A DNA stretch of 64,000 nucleotides, taken from NCBI RefSeq assembly GCF_009914755.1, contig NC_060926.1; one strand, 5' to 3'. Made by a program: the position numbers and the translations under genes. This document shows, in pieces, positions 16,064-27,991 of the stretch; the stretch's first letter is position 1, and each line of letters opens with the position of its first letter. The notes under the pieces are model-generated. The model made no database searches. It was not told the origin of the DNA and worked only from the letters and a program-made list of their open reading frames with translations. Origin of the DNA: the human T2T-CHM13v2.0 reference genome, Homo sapiens.

Positions 16064-16590
16064 ATTCATTCATCTGTTCCATGCACCTACAGATACTAGT
16101 TGTAGAGGCACCATTAGTGATATGGTGATGCATGCATATGGCGGCGTTCTTCTCTTCAAACAGCTTTCATCATAGTACAAAACACAAGTGTGTAAACTAC
16201 CAATTAAACAAGAGACAAAAAGAGTAAGTGAAGTCAGTAAAGTGCCATGGGACAACAGGGAAAAGGGCAATTAACTTCAAATGGGACAGAGACAGAAGGT
16301 GGCAGTCAAGGTCAGCTGTAACTTAGAACCTGAGTGGAATGCCAATACAAGAAGGTATGAAAGAAAACACGTATAGACAGAGGTGACAACACTAACAAAC
16401 AGAGAGAGAAGTGATGGAGTTGGCACATTCAATAGTTCTGATGGAGTGGGGGTCTTGTAGGCAGATAGGCAAAGTGACCCAGTCTGATAGGTGAGGACAC
16501 ATGGGATCGTGAAGCTCTTGCTAATGAGCATGATGAGGAAGATTTTTCGGAGCACAGCAACATAGTCTACCATGCATTTGGAAGCTACTT
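16064..16590 (-). mobile_element. L2 fragment
   Basis: attcattcat start followed by purine-rich L2-like body (aagtgccatggga...gggcaattaactt). Confidence 0.5.
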
Positions 16591-16829
16591 AATGGCCAAC
16601 TGATAATTAAAACAGAGATCTCATTCCAAAGTTTTCTTTTACCCTATCATGCTAAATTAAAGCTGTGTAGATTGAAATAGATGCTATGGATACATTTTTT
16701 TTTCTTTTCCATGAATTTTTGCTTAATAAAATGGCTTTATCCATAAGACAGACAAACAAAAAGCAACATGTATCTAGCTCACTATTGTTACAAAGAGAAA
16801 CAAATTGATAAGGATACGTGGTATATTAT

Positions 16830-17010
16830 GGCACCTTCTAGTTTGCAAAGCTGGCTCATACCTTCCATTTTATTTGACCTTCACATTTTCTCTGGGAGTA
16901 AAACAAGTATTATTATCTCAATTTTGCAGGTGAACAAATTCAGCCTCAAAGACTTTTCTGGTGCATTAAATAGTAGATCTGGGACCTGTACCCAGGTTTT
17001 CTAATATCCA
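16830..17010 (-). mobile_element. MIR
   Basis: ttttatttgaccttcaca...tattattatctcaattttgcaggtgaacaaattcagcctca...gggacctgtacccaggttttct. Confidence 0.65.
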
Positions 17011-17093
17011 AGGATTAATGCCCTTGTCTTCTAAGACCCAGGGACTAATGACCAAGTTTTCTAATACCCAGAGACTAATGGCCAGGTATTCTA
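16981..17093. repeat. 30-bp minisatellite, about 3.8 diverged copies
   Basis: Units start at 16981, 17011, 17041, 17071; consensus approximately gggactaatgnccaggttttctaataccca. Confidence 0.85.
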
Positions 17094-17329
17094 CAGCAAG
17101 TCTGGTGATTTTATACCGCTTCTTAAAATTTATCTTTTCTTTTCTTTTTTTCTTTTTTTTTTTTTTTTTTTGCATAAACATGCTTCTAAAAGAATACATT
17201 GAAGTTGGAAATAAAACTGTGTATTCAGAGCCAGAGTCTTTACTCTAGACCATGGATCTGAGAAGATCCTACCTCCCTGTGTAAACAGACTCATTCACTG
17301 CCTCCCCTCCCTGCACCCCTGGCAGCCCG

Positions 17330-17540
17330 GCATTCAGCCTGTGCTGCAATTGCTCTTTCAACAGATAAAGGCTTCTTGAGTAGTCAGATTTGGTGGCCTT
17401 TTCCCTGTTCTCATCCCCTCTGGTCTCTGAAGGAGACAAGAACCATTCATTTCCTTTTCTTGAGGCTGGTTCCCCTTCTTGGCTTCTAAGGCACCGAGTT
17501 CCCTGCTCCTGTTCCCACTTCTGACTTCTCTCCATGCCCT
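17330..17540 (+). mobile_element. L2 ORF2 relic
   Basis: ttgctctt...tttggtggccttttccctgttctcatc...ccttttcttga...cttggcttc. Confidence 0.55.
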
Positions 17541-17959
17541 GTGGTTGCCCTTGGAGGTAACGCCAACTTCTGATGGGGGCCTGCCAGCAAGTTTGACCTT
17601 CCTCAGGGAAGACTCTCTCTCGTAGTGTGAAAAATCTCCCTGGCTAACTCGTCATTTCATTCATTCATTCATGCATTCATTTATTCAGTGCCTATTAATT
17701 TCCACATAAATAGCTTCTCTGCAAATTTCTGCGTTGACCGGGAATGAATACGGAAATACAACATTGTTTTTATAAGAATAGACAAAGCTTCCCTTGACAA
17801 CTTCTAAAAACAAACAAACCAGAAAACAAACGAACGAAAACCTCCATGGTTATATTTGAAAGCTTCTAAAATACATTAAAATTAAGTATTTAAAAATATG
17901 TATAAAATTCTTATTTATTCTATATCATCTAAGACATCCTGTTCAAAAATGACAATGAT

Positions 17960-18185
17960 CCTCTTACACCTCACAGTCTCTTACTCTCTTCTTCCATAGC
18001 CGTTCCCGACATTTAATATGGTATGCATTACTTCTTTGTATAATTGTGCTGTTTGTCCCCCTTTACTGGAATAAAAACTTCAGGAGGAAGGGGATTTTCA
18101 TCTGTTTTAAGCATTGTTATATTAGCAGGGTACCTACAATATGCCTAGCACATTAAGTATTCTCAATAAATATTTGCTGGTTGGA
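17960..18185 (+). mobile_element. L2 3' end
   Basis: ...tacctacaatatgcctagcacattaagtattctcaataaatatttgctgg. Confidence 0.75.
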
Positions 18186-18666
18186 AGAGGACATCAGCTT
18201 TGGGAGTATCCATCCAGTGGAATTTTCCACTCTCAAGAAGATTGATCAGTTTCATGAAATAATCTTCACTGACCTCACCTATTATTTAGGGAACCTGATG
18301 CGATAGAGGTTTATGAGAATAGATCTTGGCTTAAGCACCAGGTTGTGGTTAGGGATCTCTGTAATGTTGAGAGCAGAAATGGTACAATGGGATCTGGGAA
18401 TCTCTCACATCTTCATAATCATTCTTTGAAATGATAAAAGCAAACCTAACCCAAATTGTGTTTGCTTTTCCCCTAAGTCAAATCCACATCAAGACATATT
18501 GTGATGATTTCTCACAATAAATGCCTCACAAGTCTCTACAGCTGATAAAATGTCAGGGAGTATTTCCTTCTCTTCGCCAGCTTCTGGTGTTGGGTTGGGT
18601 CTTTAATCATTCAAGGGCAACACTACGTTGACTGTTGACTGTTGTTCTATGTTGTGAAGTATTACA

Positions 18667-18703
18667 GTGTGTGTGTGTGTGTGTTTGCGTATGTGTGTGT
18701 GTG
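18667..18703. repeat. (TG)n microsatellite, interrupted
   Basis: Direct reading of the sequence. Confidence 0.9.
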
Positions 18704-20099
18704 TTTAAAAAAGAACCTATTTGTACACAGTTTCCTGAAGGAGTAGCTGAGTTGTGGGAAATAAAAACTCCACATAACTGTACAAGGGAACTCACATGGC
18801 TTTGGAAGCAGAATAATAAAAACAAAGTACTGGAAGCTATTTCTTCAGATGGGCATGTATACATTAAGCGGAGTAGCGTTGTCTGTATAGATATAATATC
18901 TTTGTAAGAGAATTCTAAATTATCACCATTTGATGTAGGGGTACACAAACCTAGAAGTCTGATTCAATCATAGAGTTGTAGAAAAATACGATTCCTAATG
19001 AACTGTTGCTTTTTTAAAAAGCGGTCTACAAATCAGAGATGATGGTACCTTTCTCACAAGAACTCTCAGTGTTCAACAGCTGGTCTTCTGCTGTTGCTGT
19101 CCTGGTGCCAATGAACTGTCAGAAGCAGAGTGAGTGGTAGCCAAGGTCCCTGGATCAGGGAGAAGGAGAGCAGCACGGGCTGCTGGCAGCTGGCCAGCCT
19201 CGATACTCACTGGCTCACCAAAGGAAGAGCCCTGCTTGATTTATGAAGGTGTTGCTGTAACCTGATGACCTGAAGACACCAGCAAGCTTCTCCTCCACTT
19301 CAACTCCACAGTTACTGTGGAAAAGAACCCCTTAGGAGAACGGTCAGCCTTTTCTATGACATTACAGAGACGTAATGTCTGGGTCTTCCATGAGTATTAA
19401 TGCATGCTTCACCTTATTGGAAAACAAGAATGAATGAGCTGACTACAGCACTGCAGGCAAGTTTAGGAAAAGCACTGACTGAGAAAGGAAGAGCATCCCC
19501 ATGTAGATACAGAAAAAGTGAATAATGGTATAGAACTTTCCAAGAAGAAGCCAAAGAGATGACCGTAGCACTACTAAAAATAAAATATTGTACTCAGTAA
19601 TTTTCACATAGTTCGATATATATGTTTTTCTTAAACTCCATTTCAGAGATACTATGAATTAAATCACAAATGCTCGTAATAGGAAAAAATAACATTTTAA
19701 GGAAACCATTCTCCCATGTTTTTTTTAATAGACATACCACTGTGGAAGAATTCAGGCTTCTGAATTTTGGTTAGAAAGACCCATCCTCCTATTGTCCTTG
19801 TCCCACTATCCATTGAAAACAGAAGAAAATGACAGTTCGCCTGAGGCTCTAAACTGGACCCTAACCACAATCTTCCTTTTCTCAGTTTATTTATATATTT
19901 TTATCTTTTTGCACAAAGAGGAAAAGTTTAAAGAGATAAATGGAGAAGAAATGAGAGAACTGTCAGAACGAGAATGCAGTGTTCATTCCCTTCAGTTAGA
20001 GACCGGGGCTGAGCTTCTCTCTGGGCACTATTGTGAGAGTGGCAGGGCCAAGGATCACCAGTGTCTGAACCCAGCCCTCCCCTCACCAGTTCTCTTTGA

Positions 20100-20655
20100 G
20101 CGACACATTAGAAATGAGAATTGTTGAAATGAATTGTCATCCAATGTTGGATGACAGTGCTTGGCTCAGAGCTAGAGTTGCAAATGAGAACTTGGTCATC
20201 TCCAACCATGAGTCTAAGGAAGCCATGGACATAGAAGAACTTAGTCCATCTTATCAACGTATTTGCAGTAAAAATCAGACAGAATAGTTCTCACCCAACT
20301 TGGTCCTCAGGCAAAATATTCAATTTTCTAGCATGTGTGCATTGAACTGGAACAGAAAGGAGGTCGTGAGGTCTGAGCTGAGTGAATAAGGCAGGAGAGC
20401 CTATTGGAGATGATGTCAAAAAGATCAGGGTAGGAGGTGATGAGATCATGCAGAATTTTATAGCTTTTTTCGTGACTGTGAGTCAGAAGCCACTGGAGGA
20501 AGAGGAGTGATGCAATCTGAGTCAGGTTTTGAAAGGATCCCTCCAGCTTCCATATTGAGACTTGACATAAGGCAGATAAGGACAGAAGTGTGGAGGCATT
20601 TAGAAGGCTATTCCAATAACCCGGGTGAGAAAAAGTGATGGCGTGGAGCACTAGT
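20100..20655 (-). mobile_element. L2 fragments
   Basis: gaagccactggagg...gagtgatgcaatctga...ttttgaaaggatccctc...ttagaaggctattccaataacccgggtgaga. Confidence 0.7.
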
Positions 20656-21160
20656 TCTATTTCCACTCTTTTATAGCTTGTCTACAGCAATTTCAGTGGC
20701 TTCCTATGTTTTGCCTTGCATAGTTTTTGCCCCTCTCTCCTTTCTTTTTCTAATAACCACTCTTTTTATCTATTCTTTTGGTTACCCTAGCCAGTCTTGA
20801 TCCAAGATAGAACTTTTCCTCTTGTACTTCTTATCTATATATTCTCTGTTAATTATACGGCGCATTTGCTTACAAAAACCAGCCTCCATTCATTTCCAGT
20901 AAGTATCAATATTTGGCAGACCACATATACATATCATTACTTCCTAGAGATGAGACTGCCTCTAAAAGTTGAAATATATAAATATACAGAAATTCTAATT
21001 TGATATAGGGATTTATACATAAAGGTAGAGATATCAACCTTAAATGTTAGTCCTTTTTAATATCAAAAAAACAGTTAAAGTTCTTCTAAGTATGAAAATT
21101 GTATTTCTTGTGCTTACATACATTTCCTCCTCCAAGCCACTTAACTTATTCTGGGTCTTT

Positions 21161-21380
21161 CTTTATTCATTTATTCATTCACTTACTTAATACGCATATT
21201 TAGCATGGATTATGTCCCAGACACTATGCTAAATTTAAAAGATCAAAGATGAATAGATTCATCCCATGCCCTCAAGGAGTTTTCAGACAAATGAGGGAGA
21301 AGAACACACTTTAAAATTGCAAACCTTTGCAGAAGTGCAGAAATGGAGAAATGCATATGATGTGTTTGAACAGGTGTATT
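21161..21380 (-). mobile_element. L2 3' end
   Basis: ttcatttattcattc...tatgtcccagacactatgcta...aaagatgaata...tgccctcaaggagtt. Confidence 0.75.
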
Positions 21381-21457
21381 CAGGAGATTCCTCAGATAAA
21401 GCAGAAATGGCCTAGAGACAAAGAGGAGGGATTATGTATTATGTATTGTATGTAGCC

Positions 21458-21618
21458 CAAACTAGCCTATTTATTGAATGTCTTCAAACTTGTGAAAATT
21501 GACTTTAAAATTACCAGATTGTGCCTATCACAGTCTTGACAAAATACAGCCAAAATTGTTCGCTGAGGCCTTTAGATGAATTTCTTTCTATACATAGAAT
21601 TTCTGAACCTCCTGAAGC
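21458..21618 (+). repeat. Copy A of a ~160-bp dispersed direct repeat (copy B at 23141-23300)
   Basis: Manual alignment gives about 25 differences in 161 nt (~84% identity). Confidence 0.9.
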
Positions 21619-22197
21619 TGAACATATCCTGGCTAACATTACCAAATAAGCAACATAGGTGGAAACAATGTTTTCCTTTTAATCAAAAAATATTTGCTAC
21701 CTTTACCTCTTCTCAATATTACTTCTAAACCTTCGCTGTTCCTGCCAAAAGGAAAAAGAATACAAATTCGTTTACATTCCAAACAAGCTCATGACTCACT
21801 CTCAAATTGTAAACCTGATTTCTTTCAAGACCCGCCACTTCCATCAGGTAAAGAAACCAAAATCCTTCGTATTGTAACGGAGTGTAAAGTAAAACATGAG
21901 AAGGGCATATAGTTAGTCCAGGTTGCAAATGTAACTTGATACTCTGTTCTAATATCCAATAATTCACTGGAGTCCCAAGCTAATGAAATTATAGCTCTAT
22001 CACTTGAAGTCAGCCACTCACTTAACATTCGAGCCAACAACAACATTCTTGGCAAAGAAAGAGTGAAGACCTTAGCTCCAGTTTCAGAGTTAATAGGACT
22101 GCCAATCCGGGAGTATCTCACTTAGTCCACCCTCTCTTTATGAAGAAGATCCAACACAGAAGCATAGGCTTTATTTTCAAAAGACCCCACCTATTGA

Positions 22198-22409
22198 TCA
22201 CTCATAAGTGAGAGTTGAACAATGAGAACACACGGACACAGGGAGGGGAACATCACACACTGGGGCCTGTTTGAGGGTCGGGGGGTAGGGTAGGGATAGT
22301 AGGTGATGGGTTGATGGGTGCAGCAAACCACTATGGCACGTGTATAACTATGTAACAAAACTGCACATTCTGCACATGTACCCCAGAACTTAAAGTATAA
22401 TAAAAAAAA
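22198..22409 (+). mobile_element. Short L1PA (about PA5-7) 3' end with a small internal deletion
   Basis: tcactcataagtg...gagaacacacggacacagggagggg...ccagaacttaaagtataataaaaaaa. Confidence 0.9.
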
Positions 22410-23030
22410 GACAATATATTTTTATTCTAGCTGCTGACCTCTTGTTTACAGGGTAGCCCAGCTGTCCCCAAACTCCTGAGTTTATGGATCCTGAGTAATG
22501 ACAACCAACCTGTTTACACCTGACATCCCTGAAAAGAACCTTCACTGGCTCAGTGGTGGTATCTCAGTCCTTCTTCTGTCTCCTGGTTTCTGGCCCTAGA
22601 GCTGAAGGTGGCCGCAGTCTCACATGCAGTGTGACTTGATGCCAACTTCTCTGCCATCCCCTAGATCCAGTCATTGGTACTAACCTGTCTTATCTTTCGA
22701 GTGGCGTGTTGCACATTTCACCCTAATTAGGCTGCCTGAGTTAACATCCTGTCTATGGCATCCTGGGTGTCATCTCAACCTTCAGTCTTGGCCACCAATC
22801 ACCAATGCATTCACCCTCCCGATACTCCCTTTCACTGTATTTAGATCAACAGTATTGCAGAGCCTGCGTTTGGATTATGTATAAGATGTCATCAAAGCTG
22901 CTTTGGTTGGTGAGGAGCTCCATAATCACCTGCTGTAGAAGCACATGTGCTAGGGTCAAAGGTGGAGGTGGAGGAAGGAGTCTCACCATCACGTTGTTTG
23001 CAACCCCATGAAATGGTTTTTCCAGCCAGC

Positions 23031-23640
23031 CATCTTAAGGCAGGTTCCTGGCTGCAGAGCCTGAGACAGAGATTCTTGTATAAATGACTTATTCAAGAAG
23101 TGCTCCCAGGAGAGGAGAGCAGTATTATGTACATAGGCCTCAAACTAGGCTGTTTATAAAATGCATTTAAATTTCTGAAAATTGACTTTGAAATTAACAA
23201 ATTATATTTATCACAGTCTTGATAAAATCAAGCCAAAATTGTTCATGATGTCTTTAGATGAATTTCTTTCTGTACATAGAATTTCTGAACCTCCTGTAGC
23301 AGCAAAGGAACCTAACAAAGATGTAGTCTCTGATGACTTTGGATTCATTTTGACCACAGGGAGCTCTGGAGCATGAAGGAAACCAGGATTTTTCTATTTT
23401 TAGGAAGAAAGCCTGGATTTGTGCTCAGGTTTCAATCAGTGATGGTCTCTGGGGCCGGTCATTCTGTAACTTCCCAGGCCTCTCTAGGCTAGGCTGTCAG
23501 CAATCTCACCTGCTGAGATGTGGGCACATTTGGTAGAAAGAAATCTGGGTAGAGCCCCAGCAGTTCCTGTTTCACCTGCTGAGATGCGGGCACATTTGGT
23601 AGAAAGAAATCTGGGTAGAGCCCCAGCAGTTCCTGTTACA
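23031..23640 (-). mobile_element. LTR16-family ERVL solo LTR, interrupted by the 160-bp duplicate and carrying a 66-bp terminal tandem duplication
   Basis: caggttcc...gcagagcctgagacagagattc...gtgctcccaggaga / ccacagggagctctggagc...atctgggtagagccccagcagttcctgttaca. Confidence 0.65.
23141..23300 (+). repeat. Copy B of the ~160-bp dispersed direct repeat
   Basis: caaactagg...tcacagtcttga...ctttagatgaatttctttct...catagaatttctgaacctcctg shared with 21458-21618. Confidence 0.9.
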
Positions 23641-23646
23641 CCTGCT
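23506..23646. repeat. 66-bp tandem duplication (2 copies, 1 mismatch)
   Basis: 23506-23571 matches 23572-23637 except gtg/gcg; trailing cacctgct microhomology. Confidence 0.95.
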
Positions 23647-24229
23647 TTCTGCTGCCCAAAATCTCTGTGGGTTTTGATTTGGGGTAAATTTACACACAAT
23701 TGTCACTCCAATGTGCATAAATACATTTAACTTCTACCTTAATGTGACAACTAAGTTAGAGTCATTTTCATTTTTTCTTGGAAGCTTCATTTCATATTTG
23801 TGCAATAAATATATTTACGCTTCCCACAGTATATTAGACCTGTGCACTTTTGATTAACTGCCATTTTCAGACTGGTTTCAATCTCTGTCCTGTGGAAGAG
23901 CCACAGTCCACAGTTCTTTCATACAGATCAAGGGATATGTGAGCTCTCCTGACTTTGTGTGAGAAGAGTATGAAATCCAGAAAAAGCCAAAGGTGTTTAG
24001 AGGTCTCATCCTCATTGCAGATGTAGAAAAGCCTCACTACCAATATGATTTCTATTCCTGCACTAAGTGGCTAGTTACGTGATGAGAACTGGGTGCAGTG
24101 CTGGACACTCAGGATCTCCGGTCTGACATCGTGGGGCCATCCTTCTAAACTGACTTAGATCTCTGCTATACTTGATGCACTAATAGAAACCAGTCAGAAG
24201 TAGCCAATTGCTTCCAAATAAATGGTCAG

Positions 24230-24540
24230 TGCTGGTGGAGCTATTCACCAGAATCTACCTCCTCGTCTTCCTGAGCACACAGCTAGATTCCATTTCCAAT
24301 CCCCTCTCTTAGTCGGGTGAGACTGGGTGGCTGAGTCCTAGGCAACAGAATGGAAGTGCTCAACGTGCCCTTCCAGGCCCAGCTAACAGAAGACACCTGC
24401 ATGCATTGCTTCATTCTCTATTTCCCCTTCCAGCTGACCAAGACTGCAACACCCTGGATTCCAGACAGGCAGAAGCACCAACCTTGAACTCTTTCGTGAG
24501 TGACACATAAACTTCAATTGTGGTTTACTCAGCATCCACC
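24230..24540 (+). mobile_element. Old MLT1 (I/J-like) MaLR LTR
   Basis: cttcctgagcacacagctagattccatttcc...caacagaatggaagtg...cttccaggcc...ataaacttc. Confidence 0.65.
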
Positions 24541-24992
24541 TATCAGTCAGCAGACCAATAGAAGTCAACGAGCACACTAAATGAAGCCATTTTCAGGAAA
24601 GTTTGTTCGCAAAGGGACTTACTACATAGGTGTGGGCAGGATGGAGGAGACCCAGGAGGGATGGAGCAGGAACGTAACACTATCAGGGGTCGGAAGGACA
24701 GGGGCAGGAGAGCCTACTGGAAACCAAAAAGAGTTGCACGGAGCAGGCTCCTCCAAAGGGGAAGGGATGTTCTGTCAAGATGACAGCCAGCCCACAACGA
24801 CCTCACAGGGAGAAGTCAGGGAATCACACCTCGTCCACATTCTTCTCTCTGATCTCCTACAGGGGCTCCTGTTGGAGCAAAGGAGGCCACAGGGCATGAG
24901 ACTGATAGAACCCATGCAGACAGCCTCCTGAGTCCAAGCACAGAGCTGGACAGGGGATCTAGCAGGCAAATGGACTACATCAACAGAACACA
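24540..24992 (-). mobile_element. LTR33-like ERVL LTR
   Basis: aaagggact...ggtgtgggcagg...ctctgatctcct...cagcctcc...gcacagagc...ggatctagcaggcaaatgga. Confidence 0.7.
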
Positions 24993-25139
24993 CTTTGGGA
25001 TCTATTTGTTATATCAATTTAATCTGTCCTAACTAATACAGTCCCTAAGTAACGGGGTGAGGGAGCCATGTAGCACATTCTGGATGCTGAAAGGTACCAG
25101 CTCACAAGAATATTCAATGAGAGGAAGTGAATCATCTCA

Positions 25140-25600
25140 TGGACATTTTTTATTGTTAGAAATTCTGTCTAATACTGTGTCAAATCTAATTTCTTACATC
25201 TTCCATCCACTGGGCATCTATCTTCTCTGCGAGGTTACACAGAATAAATTTAAACCCTCTGACACATTAGAGTCCTGCAAATACTTGAAAGCACTTATCA
25301 TATTCCTGCCTAGCCATCTTTTTTCCCTCTCTCTGTACAAGAGTTCCAGATCCCTCAGTAACATGTCCCCCCATAGTCTCTGAACCCTTCAGTATTTTGC
25401 TTGCCTTTCCTCTGTGTGCTCACTACCTGGAGGGTGCCTCTCATCTGCTGAAGTGCCAGGAGCCAAATAAAGAACTCCAGGGTGACGCACCTATTCTACA
25501 TATAGAGGACATTTACAACTATGTTTTAGTTAAGTGAAGTAAAACCTACTGGAGTTTTCAAAGTCATCATATCATAGAGTGGATCGTATGACTTTCATAA
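25140..25600 (-). mobile_element. L3/CR1 fragment
   Basis: ttgttagaaatt...cttccatccactgg...acacagaataaatttaaaccctct...caaatacttgaa. Confidence 0.7.
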
Positions 25601-25618
25601 CTACCATATTTTCCAGGT

Positions 25619-25835
25619 CAGAGGTCAACAATCTTTTTCTGTTTCCAGACAGCAATTATGTCAGGCTTTGTGGCCAGATGGTCTCTGAGGCAACTACTCA
25701 ATTCTGAGTTCTACGAGAAAAGCAGCCAGGACATCATGCAAAGAAATGGGCATGGCCGACTCCCAGTAATAATTTATTTACAAAAACAGGCCCCTGAACA
25801 GATTCAACACAGGGCCCAGAGTTTTCTGACACCTG
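25619..25835 (+). mobile_element. MER58A hAT DNA transposon
   Basis: ggtctctgaggcaactactcaa...aaagcagcca...tttatttacaaaaacagg; 8-bp TSD ttccaggt/ttctaggt. Confidence 0.85.
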
Positions 25836-25843
25836 TTCTAGGT

Positions 25844-25996
25844 CCCTGGTTCTCAATCTTTGCTTCACACTGGAACCCCTGGGGAAGATTTACAAATCTT
25901 GATCCCAGGTCACACCTCACAACAACTCAATCATAGGGTCTGGGTAAGGGGGATGACCCCCTGCAGGTTCCTGGTGCAGCTGTTTGAGAGTCTTTG
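25844..25996. mobile_element. MER5-type hAT relic
   Basis: tggttctcaatcttt...actggaacccctgggga...tttgagag. Confidence 0.5.
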
Positions 25997-26001
25997 CCAT
26001 T

Positions 26002-26522
26002 TGGCACTTCCAGGTTGCTGACTTTTTCCTCTCTAAGCCTGGGATACATAAACACAAAGAAAACCCAGGGGCTGGGCATGGTGGCTAAGGCCTATAATCC
26101 CAGCACTTTGGGAGACTGAGGCAGGAGGATTGCTTGAGACTAAGGGTTCAAGACCAGCCTAGGCAACATAGTAAGACCCCATCTCTACTAAAAATCAAAA
26201 CAATTAGCCAGGTGTGGTGGTGTGCAACTATAGTTCCAGCTACTCAGAGTCTCAGGTGAGAAGATCACTGGAGCCCAGGAGATAGAGGCTTCAGTGAGGG
26301 ATGATTATGCCACTCATCTCCAGCCTGGGCAATAGAACGAGACTCTCAAAAAGAAAAAGAAAAAAGAAAGAAAACACAAATAAGTCACCCTTGTATTGTT
26401 TCCTAGCTGGTCTGCCTTCTTCTCCCCACCTTTCAGAGCCTCTTTGTGTTTGTTTTCTATATAATGTTCAGGGTTTTCATTTCCCTTAGTTGGAGAAGTA
26501 GGAGAAATGCTCCATCTTCCTG
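26002..26522 (-). mobile_element. Old L1M 5'-end fragment split by an AluJ
   Basis: cacttccaggttgctg...aaagaaaacccaggg | ggtctgccttcttctccccacctttcagag...ctccatcttcc. Confidence 0.55.
26070..26374 (+). mobile_element. AluJ
   Basis: Diverged dimer with ggattgcttgag and gagcccaggag motifs. Confidence 0.9.
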
Positions 26523-26882
26523 CACGTGATGTCCCACTAACTCTTTTTCAACTTTAAATGCCATTGGGTTGATTTATTTCCATCTTCCACCTGAGCTCTG
26601 CAATGTTTAGGTAAGTGTAAGGCAGCGCGCCCCTTAAATAGGCAAATTACCCTTGGGAGCAGTTCAAAAAACACATTGGATGTGGTTCTTTCCACAGGAG
26701 ACTAGGGAAAGAATTGAGTAAATTTGCTCAGCTCTTGCCTGGACATTTAGCTTTTCTGTGGAGCATCAGTATTAAAATTCTAAATTTATCCCACCTATGA
26801 AGGCTTTCAAGCTTGTCACATGTATGCAGTGGCGTAGAGATTTTTTTGCGATGTATGTTGTTCAGTATCATGTTGTGTAATC

Positions 26883-27065
26883 TAGGTGGTCTCCGAACAT
26901 GGTCTCCAGGCCAGCAGCATCGCTGGAAGCTTGTTAGAAATGCAGTGCGTAGGCATCACCCAGACCTGCCGAACCAGAAACCCTGGGACGGGGCCCAGTC
27001 AGGTGTGTTTGTTAACAGCCTCCATCAGGGGATTATAATACAAGATCGAGGTTGAGAATCACTGC
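26883..27065. mobile_element. MER5A
   Basis: ccagcagcatc...cttgttagaaatgcag...cccagacct...ttgagaatcactg. Confidence 0.8.
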
Positions 27066-27113
27066 TCTATTCTAACACTCTAACATGTTAATATAATTTT
27101 GATTCATTTTTCT

Positions 27114-27260
27114 CTCTGGTTCTCAAATTTTTCTGTCCATTACAATCATGTGAGAAGTCTCCCACCAAGCATGGATGCCCAAGTCTCACCTTCTGGGACG
27201 CTGTGAGTTAATTGGTCTGGGGTGTGGCCTGGGTATCAGAGAGATTAGAAGTTCTCCAGA
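27114..27260. mobile_element. MER5B-like fragment
   Basis: tggttctcaaa...ttaattggtctggggtgtggcctggg. Confidence 0.65.
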
Positions 27261-27349
27261 ATGTATTAAATAATTACATTCCATTCAGAGGGTGCTTAAT
27301 AAATTGGAGTGTATGCCCTAACCTCTTTATATTCCTCGCTTGAGAAGGA

Positions 27350-27991
27350 GTATATATTAGCATTCTCCAGATAAACGAAACCAAAACCAAAAAGAAGATA
27401 TATATATATATTCCCATCATTTATATGTATGTGTATATATGTGTGTATATATACATATATACATATATACACACATATATACATACATATATACATATAT
27501 AAACACATATACACATATATACATACATATATACATACATATATACATGCATATATACATATATACACATATATACATATATACATATATATATATAGTG
27601 GGAATTGGCTCACACCATTATGGACACTAAGAAGTCCCATGATCTGCTGTCTATACGCTGAAGAACCAGGCAAGCCGGTGGTATATTTAGATTTGAATTC
27701 CAAGGCCTGAGAATAGGAGGACAATGTGTGAGGGCAGGAGAAGAAGGATGTCTCAGCTCAAGAAGAAAGCAAATTTGCCCTTCCTCCACCTTTTTTTTCT
27801 ATTCCTGCCCTCAGTGGATTGGATGACACAGATCCACATTGTTGAGGGCTGTTCTCCTTCACTGGTCTACTGATGCAAATGCTAATCTCTTCCAGAAATA
27901 TCCTCAGAGACACAGTCAGAAATAATGTTTTTGCCAACTTTCTGGGCATCCCTCAGCCCCATCAAGTTGATGCGTAAACTTCACCATTGCA
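27350..27991 (-). mobile_element. MLT2 (C/D-like) ERVL solo LTR with an expanded (TATACA)n tract at about 27408-27597
   Basis: ttctccaga...ggaattggctcac...gaagtcccatgatctgc...caaatgctaatctcttccagaaa...caagttga. Confidence 0.85.

Noticed and set aside
22260-22320. G-quadruplex-like G-runs (also at 28457-28490)
   Set aside because: This is the ordinary G-rich tract of the L1PA 3'UTR.
16981-23646. 30-bp and 66-bp repeats as a CRISPR-like array
   Set aside because: They are head-to-tail tandem repeats without unique spacers, in primate DNA with no cas-like ORFs.
27408-27597. His/Ile/Tyr-rich ORFs over the TATACA tract
   Set aside because: Artefact of the microsatellite that commonly expands at this position in MLT2 LTRs.
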